Positions 58,413 through 64,000 of a stretch of 64,000 bases of DNA are shown one piece after another. Under the pieces are notes generated by a model, which did no database searches, had not been told where the DNA came from, and worked only from the letters and a program-made list of their open reading frames with translations. The DNA lies in the NCBI GenBank assembly GCA_030682795.1, contig JAUXNJ010000019.1, forward strand, positions 94,627 to 158,626, read 5' to 3'. This DNA comes from Sphingobacteriaceae bacterium. GTDB taxonomy: Bacteria; Bacteroidota; Bacteroidia; UBA7662. The position numbers and the translations under genes were made by a program. How positions within the stretch are numbered: the stretch's first letter is position 1; every line of letters starts with the position of its first letter.

Positions 58413-60998
58413 TTATTTGGTGAGGACGAGTTTTTGGGTGTTGATGCCTCCCGCCCCCTGCAGTTGCACGAGGTAGAAGCCGGCTGCGAAATTAGCCAAA
58501 TCGAGCGATACTTGGTCTTCGCCAATGGCCAAACTGCGCTCGAGCAACAACCGTCCGCTTTGATCGCGGATGATCAACTGCCGTTCGGCACTGGCCTCCT
58601 GTAGCTGGATGTTTACACTGCCCTGGCTGGGATTAGGGTACAGCCTGAAGCCCGGCGCCTCGGTTTCGAACAAGCCCAAGGGCACATCCCCATAACTAAT
58701 ATTGGTGAGGTAGAGGTTGCCGCCAAAGGCATTGCGGGTTACAAACTTGATGGCCGTCTTCTGAAAAACAGGAATCACCTGGGGGATGCGCACCATGCGC
58801 CAGTGAGAAGCCTGGGTGGGTTCTAATCCTGCGCCATAAGTCACCATTTCGGTGCCGCCGGTGCTGTAAACGCGGGTCCAGTTGCTGCAGTCGTTGCTCA
58901 CATACACAAACAAACTGTCGTTAAATCCCGCCCGGTTGCGGTAAGCCATGCGGAAGTGCAGGTCTACATTGCCGCTGCCGCCGGTGGGAATGAAGTACGG
59001 ACTCAACAGCTCATCGAGCTGGCCTTGGGCGGGACTGTAGTTGTTCATCCGCACCTTTACCGCACTCGAGGTACCTGGCAAACCCACCACATTGTGGCTT
59101 TCCCAGGTAATGAGGTCACCCCCTGGATTGTTAATGAGCCAGTCGCTGTTTAACACCGCCGGTACAGCGAAGTCTTGGTGCCTCGCATTGTCGCGGTTGC
59201 CAAAGGCGGTATTGCCGTCCTGCCGGCGCATGCGAATGGTGAAGTAGTTGTTAATGGTGTCGCGTTCGGCCGCACCACTGAGGCGCAAGCGGGCGTACAA
59301 TTCGCTGTAGGTGCCGGTAAAGGGACCGTTAATAGGCAGCACCACGGTGGTGGTTTGTCCCGCCGCCAAATTGCCCGTCCAGTTCACCGTGCTGTTGTAA
59401 TTACCCATGCCATACTGCACATCAAAAGCGGTAACGGCCTGCTGGCCCACATTTTTTACCTCAATGGTTTCGGTGATGCTGCTGGCAGCACAAAAGCGAT
59501 CGCCGTCTTTGCGACCCACTACCCGTTGAATGGCGATGTCGCGGGGACTGGTATTGGGCGCCACGGGCGTAAAGGTTTGTGCCAAAAAGTTGTATGCCGC
59601 CTGTATATCGATGATGCCGCGGCCATAGGCATTGTCTTCGCCAACCGTGCCCAAATCGATGGCCGTTTGGTACAAGGCATTGAGTTTTTGTCGCGGTGAC
59701 GCCTCCGGAAAAGCCTCTCCCAGCAGCATCACAGCGCCGGCAACGTGCGGACTGGCCATGCTGGTGCCGGTGTAGAGCGCATAGCCGCTTTCGTTCACAG
59801 CCGAACGCACATTGGTGCCTGGGGCAGATACTTCTGGTTTGATGTTGAGCGGTGCCGATGGCGCACAAATGGTTGGTCCACGGCTCGAGGTGCTATTGAT
59901 GGGGAAAGACGCATTGCTCGCATCGAGGTTGCCTACAGCGAAATTGCGCAGACTGTCGACCGCAACTGCCCCGTAGCCGCCGGCGGTGCCAGCGCCCGGA
60001 CCGTCGTTACCCGCGGCAAACACATTGGCAATGCCCGAAGCCTCTAAAGCCGCAAAGGTGCCGTTGATGGCGCCACAAGCTGCTCCGTTGGCCGGAAATC
60101 CCCATGAATTGTTGATCACATCGGCAGCATCCTGGGTGGTGGCGGTATTGCCGTCGGGATTGATGGCAAATTGGTAGGCGGTGATCAGGTTCTGCAAGCT
60201 GCCGCCGCTGGGAATGATGTCGTTGCTGAAAAAGTAGCCCGATGGCGCCACACCGATGGTATCTCGATTGCTTTTTTGCAAGCCGATGATGGTGCCGGCC
60301 ACGTGGGTGCCATGCTCCTGGTCGCGGTCAATCGGAATCACATTGCCAAAGAAGCTTCTCCAGCCCTGCGCCAGCGGAAAGCGGTTGCCCAAAAACTGTT
60401 CGCGAAGGGCGGGGTGCTCGCTGCGGGTGCCCGAATCGTACACATAAACGCGCTGGTTGAGACCGCTGTAGCCCAAATTCCACATGAAGGGGGCTTTGAT
60501 GGCACGGTGACCAATTTCATTGCCGTTGGGTGATTCGGGCGAATATTCTACAAAAGTGCCGGGATTGAGGGTGGGCAAGGTAGCATCCAACATCAAATAA
60601 GCCGGGGGATTGAGCTGCTGTAGCTCGGCGAGCTTGTCGGCCCGCATTTCCAAAAACAAACCGTTGCACAACCAAACCGACTTTAACTCCCGCACGCTGC
60701 CGTTGGCCTGGAGGCTTTCGAAAGCACCCAACCAAGGGGCCACCACGCGCTCGGTATGGGCAGGCCCCACCTTCAAAACGGTGCTCACGCGCTCGTCTTT
60801 GCTAGCGCGACGGGCCTCAAAAGCCACCACCAGGCTGTCGTAATTGTAAGTGTTGTAAAAAAACAGCACTACCGGCAGATAGCTGCCTTTATCGTTTTGG
60901 CGCTCACGCAAAGCCTGCGTTACTTCATCTTCAACAATTAATTGCGCTTGCGCTGCAAAGCCGAGTAGGAGCAGCGGTAACCAGAAGAACTTTTTCAT
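58413..60998 (-). CDS. S8 subtilase with T9SS C-terminal sorting domain
   Basis: YDSG, HGTHVAG, AAGNDG and [11 protein letters not shown] motifs; [24 protein letters not shown]. Confidence 0.92.
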   Translation of the reverse strand: MKKFFWLPLLLLGFAAQAQLIVEDEVTQALRERQNDKGSYLPVVLFFYNTYNYDSLVVAFEARRASKDERVSTVLKVGPAHTERVVAPWLGAFESLQANGSVRELKSVWLCNGLFLEMRADKLAELQQLNPPAYLMLDATLPTLNPGTFVEYSPESPNGNEIGHRAIKAPFMWNLGYSGLNQRVYVYDSGTRSEHPALREQFLGNRFPLAQGWRSFFGNVIPIDRDQEHGTHVAGTIIGLQKSNRDTIGVAPSGYFFSNDIIPSGGSLQNLITAYQFAINPDGNTATTQDAADVINNSWGFPANGAACGAINGTFAALEASGIANVFAAGNDGPGAGTAGGYGAVAVDSLRNFAVGNLDASNASFPINSTSSRGPTICAPSAPLNIKPEVSAPGTNVRSAVNESGYALYTGTSMASPHVAGAVMLLGEAFPEASPRQKLNALYQTAIDLGTVGEDNAYGRGIIDIQAAYNFLAQTFTPVAPNTSPRDIAIQRVVGRKDGDRFCAASSITETIEVKNVGQQAVTAFDVQYGMGNYNSTVNWTGNLAAGQTTTVVLPINGPFTGTYSELYARLRLSGAAERDTINNYFTIRMRRQDGNTAFGNRDNARHQDFAVPAVLNSDWLINNPGGDLITWESHNVVGLPGTSSAVKVRMNNYSPAQGQLDELLSPYFIPTGGSGNVDLHFRMAYRNRAGFNDSLFVYVSNDCSNWTRVYSTGGTEMVTYGAGLEPTQASHWRMVRIPQVIPVFQKTAIKFVTRNAFGGNLYLTNISYGDVPLGLFETEAPGFRLYPNPSQGSVNIQLQEASAERQLIIRDQSGRLLLERSLAIGEDQVSLDLANFAAGFYLVQLQGAGGINTQKLVLTK

Positions 60999-61096
60999 TT
61001 TAGAGAAAATGTTGGATGTGAAAGGTAAAAATACAGAAGTGGACTGGTACCTACAAGCTTTCGCCCGTTCCAGGGGGATGAAACGGGCGAAATGGG

Positions 61097-63184
61097 TTAG
61101 TTGCTAGCGCGGTAGCGGATATTCACCGTCTGCAAAAACTCCTGTTTTCCGCCTGGCGCGATTTCGAACTTCCAGCGCTGCACGCCTAGTTCAGGCAGCA
61201 ACTCTGCCGCAGGCACGGCACTGTAGTCGATTTGCAAATCGCCCTGGTTAGAAGTGGGCACCTGGTCGTCGAGCACCACCTGCACGGCCACTTCTTTGCT
61301 GCTACGCACCACCAAGAGGCTTACCACCTCCTGCCGCACCTGGCCGCTCATGGCCCGGCGGCTTTTTTCGTCGCGCTGCTGCACCCGCACAGCCTGCAAA
61401 CCGGGGTCGCGGCCGAGTCCTACTAGCAACGTATCGCTCAAACTGCCCGTGTTCAACCAGGTTTTGCCCACATAGGTGCCTTGATAATACACCGTAGCAG
61501 GACCATCTAGCAGTTGCAGCAGACCAAAATTGTCGATTTCAGCAGTTAAAAAGGCCTCTTTACTTACCCGAGGTACAAGGTGGTACACAAAGCGGGCATA
61601 GATTTCGGTTTTTTTGATTTCAATTTGTTGCGGTTCCCCGTCGCTTAGCAAGGTTTGCGCGCTTCCCAAGCGGTATTCGAGCAAAGCATCGGGTTTGGCA
61701 ATGAGTTCTTCAATCAAAAATTGCATCTGTCTGGCAGGCAGTCCACCAGTTGCTATTGGTAAATTGGTGCTACCGCGTACCCGAATGCCATCTATAAAAT
61801 ATTCCTGAGCATCCCCCCTACTGCCGCGCACTTGCAAGGGAGCGCCATTTTGATTGAAATACACGCCTCCGTTAGTTGCAGCAATGCTGTTGACATCGCG
61901 GGTAGGTAAAGCTGCTATTTCTTCTCTAGTGATAGAGCCACCTTGTCGCGTTTCATCTTTCGAAATCAAGGGCTGTTCGTAATCCTGCACCACCACCTGC
62001 ATCAAAGAGGTCCCCGACATTAATTTTAAGTCATAAAAAGTGCTTTTATCGGCATTCACCTGCACCTTTCGGAATTTAGCAGGGTTGAAGCCGATATAAC
62101 TCACCCGCAGTTCGTAAAGACCGGGTTGCAGTTTGTCGAAGTGGTATTTGCCATCAATATCCGAAGTAGTACTGCTTTGTAGCTTATCGTCGCGCCACAG
62201 CTGCACCTGTGCAAAGGGAATGCCTTCTTTCGGCTTCATCTCGTCCAACACTTTGCCCGCGAGCTTGCCCGTGCGTTGCTGGTAGGTTTGGTTTTGGATG
62301 GGCGCCGATGGCTGCAAAAGCTTGCCGGGATGGTTCACCCCCAGCACCCATTTTTGTAATTCAGGTTTGGTGCTGCTCAGAAAGGGGTTGGCGGTGCTGA
62401 GCACCAGCGGCACGTTCTTCCAGTCTTCTCCCCCAAACTGCATCACTTCGGCCTGGTACACTACCTCCATGGGCTTGCCAATGGCGCTTACCCGGAATTC
62501 GTAAGTGGGTTTCCAGCTGGCGGCTTCGTCGAAATATTTTAACACCAGGGTTTGCTTGTGCGGCTTGCTGGCTTTGAGGTGGAGGTAGAGGCCTTGACTT
62601 GCGGGCTGAACGATGGGCTGCAACTGGTTCATTTGAGCATACAGGGCCCGTAACTCTTCTTGCTTGGCATCAATGCGGCGACTCAAGGCAGTGCGCATAC
62701 GGCGCAAATCGAGCAGGCGTTGCCTGTAAAAATCGGCCCCTTCGCGCAAAGTTTGTACGGCATTGGTGCGGTTTTGCTCGAGGCCGCTGTTTTGAAGAAG
62801 GATTTTTTCTTCCTGTTCGTAAACGGCCATCTCGTTTTTTAAGTCTTGGATGCCGTGTTGAAGCGCTTTTTCCTCGCGTTCGAGCTGTGCCAAAGCGGCT
62901 TTGTCGCTCTTCACCGGCACTTCAATGAGGGCAGAGCGCAGCGAAAGCAGGGTGACTTCGCCAAGTCCCGACACCTGCAAACTCGCCGGCTGCAAATGTT
63001 TCGACAAGCCTTTCAACAGCACCACGGTTTCGCCCGCGGGCAACTGCAACTCGGCCGTGCGGGTAATTTGGGCGCCTGTAAAAAAGAGGGTCACTTCGCT
63101 GATACTGCTACGCAGCTGGAGGGTGTCGAGGGCGCCGGCTACCCCTGGGAGTAGCAGCAGCGCGAGTAGTAGGTTGTGTTTCAT
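61097..63184 (-). CDS. DUF4140/DUF4139 protein with inserted carboxypeptidase-regulatory-like and TonB-plug-like domains
   Basis: VTLFFTGAQITR; WKPTYE; GEDWKNVPLVLSTA; insert GIPFAQV..SDIDGKY..SYIGF and QVRGSRG..YFIDGIRV. Confidence 0.8.
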   Translation of the reverse strand: MKHNLLLALLLLPGVAGALDTLQLRSSISEVTLFFTGAQITRTAELQLPAGETVVLLKGLSKHLQPASLQVSGLGEVTLLSLRSALIEVPVKSDKAALAQLEREEKALQHGIQDLKNEMAVYEQEEKILLQNSGLEQNRTNAVQTLREGADFYRQRLLDLRRMRTALSRRIDAKQEELRALYAQMNQLQPIVQPASQGLYLHLKASKPHKQTLVLKYFDEAASWKPTYEFRVSAIGKPMEVVYQAEVMQFGGEDWKNVPLVLSTANPFLSSTKPELQKWVLGVNHPGKLLQPSAPIQNQTYQQRTGKLAGKVLDEMKPKEGIPFAQVQLWRDDKLQSSTTSDIDGKYHFDKLQPGLYELRVSYIGFNPAKFRKVQVNADKSTFYDLKLMSGTSLMQVVVQDYEQPLISKDETRQGGSITREEIAALPTRDVNSIAATNGGVYFNQNGAPLQVRGSRGDAQEYFIDGIRVRGSTNLPIATGGLPARQMQFLIEELIAKPDALLEYRLGSAQTLLSDGEPQQIEIKKTEIYARFVYHLVPRVSKEAFLTAEIDNFGLLQLLDGPATVYYQGTYVGKTWLNTGSLSDTLLVGLGRDPGLQAVRVQQRDEKSRRAMSGQVRQEVVSLLVVRSSKEVAVQVVLDDQVPTSNQGDLQIDYSAVPAAELLPELGVQRWKFEIAPGGKQEFLQTVNIRYRASN

Positions 63185-63261
63185 GGCGCTTACATTTAAA
63201 GGTTAAATTCATAGCCATAAGTTAGGGCGCGGCGAAGCTTTTCGGTACCGCCTTTTGGCGA

Positions 63262-63299
63262 TGTGACAAAGCGCTGACCGAATTGTGACAAGGCGGTGA
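63262..63299. promoter_or_regulatory. 22-bp-period direct repeat (LytTR-type site candidate)
   Basis: TGTGACAAAGCGCTGA / TGTGACAAGGCGGTGA upstream of the DUF4139 gene. Confidence 0.45.
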
Positions 63300-63355
63300 T
63301 GATGTGGAATGCGGAGGACAGAAAACCCTGCCTTCGTTTTGTTTTTAATTTACTT

Positions 63356-63385
63356 GTAAAAGTTCTGCAATTTTCCGAACTTTAC
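63356..63385. promoter_or_regulatory. Candidate HigA operator
   Basis: GTAAAAGTTC..GAACTTTAC inverted repeat just upstream of higB. Confidence 0.5.
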
Positions 63386-63399
63386 GTTGTTGGGTTCAC

Positions 63400-63741
63400 A
63401 TGGAAATAATAGCCAAAGCCAAGCTTGAGAAATTGAAGCGCAAAAATCGCGGCAATACTGCGCTCGGCACGGCTATAGATACCCTCATTGAAGACTTAGA
63501 GCAAACTAGCTGCTTGACTTTTGAACAGTTAAAGCAGATACGGCCAGACGCAGATTTAGTACACAATGATGGCTTTTGCTTTTTTGATATTCATGTCCAC
63601 AGGACCATGATATTGATTGAATTTGAAGATACCGGTGAAGCAACCATTGTTTGGTGCGGGAGCCATGACGAATATGAGCTAACCTTCAAAAACAACAAGA
63701 ATACCATTAGAAAATGGTTAGAGAAACAAGGATGGATTTAA
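63400..63741 (+). CDS. higB: HigB-family toxin
   Basis: RPDADLV..FFDI..R..I..VWCGSHDEYE motif; toxin-first gene order. Confidence 0.8.
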   Translation: MEIIAKAKLEKLKRKNRGNTALGTAIDTLIEDLEQTSCLTFEQLKQIRPDADLVHNDGFCFFDIHVHRTMILIEFEDTGEATIVWCGSHDEYELTFKNNKNTIRKWLEKQGWI

Positions 63742-63758
63742 TATGAATCAACAAACAT

Positions 63759-64000
63759 ATGAAAGAGCAACTAGACTTAAATAGCATTTTGAAAGCCGGT
63801 AAACTTACCAGTGCGTTGGATTATGAACGTGCGTTGGTACTGGATAAAAAGTTGCGCTTGCTGGCCAAGGAGGATGCCCATTGGGGAGAAGCACGTCAAA
63901 AACTACGTGGCATCCTTAAGAACTACGAACAAATACACTGGTCGAAAACCGCGCAAATCAATGCAGCTCAAATAAGCGAAAGCGATGCAGCCGAACGGAT
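63759..64000 (+). CDS. HigA-like antitoxin, N-terminal part (runs off the window)
   Basis: Hand translation MKEQLDLNSILKAGKLTSALDYERALVLDKKLRLLAKE..LRGILKNYEQIHWS; directly after higB. Confidence 0.7.
   Translation, partial: MKEQLDLNSILKAGKLTSALDYERALVLDKKLRLLAKEDAHWGEARQKLRGILKNYEQIHWSKTAQINAAQISESDAAER

Overview
Bacteroidota chromosome segment (gldJ, porZ, T9SS cargo, TAnnTTTG-type promoters). Bases 1-45 kb are mostly housekeeping genes: gldJ, rimP-nusA-infB, pnuC, menI/F/D/B, rlmN, sod, purF, porZ-recO and a MacA/MacB-like/TolC operon. Small toxin-antitoxin-like modules are interspersed, plus an SbtA/SbtB/beta-carbonic anhydrase/LysR bicarbonate cluster. About 45.6-57 kb is an AT-richer accessory/defence patch with orphan genes, a DUF2726 remnant, an HNH nuclease, a Sau3AI-type HTH-M-R system, a probable IS21 end and a DUF3800 gene with integron-cassette-like ends. 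Three things stand out. (1) A two-gene Mn/Fe/Zn ABC importer has the binding protein fused via one TM helix to the ATPase and the permease fused to a DtxR-FeoA repressor, with a DtxR box upstream. (2) A non-coding repeat family (six copies) consists of covarying tandem-G.A hairpins on a constant GGTCTG scaffold; three copies stop 5-6 bp before a -7 promoter box, and a ~380-bp composite containing them recurs inverted around recO-macAB-tolC. (3) The DUF3800 gene is a solitary cassette with an attC-like hairpin. All family calls come from motif recognition by eye; no searches were run.
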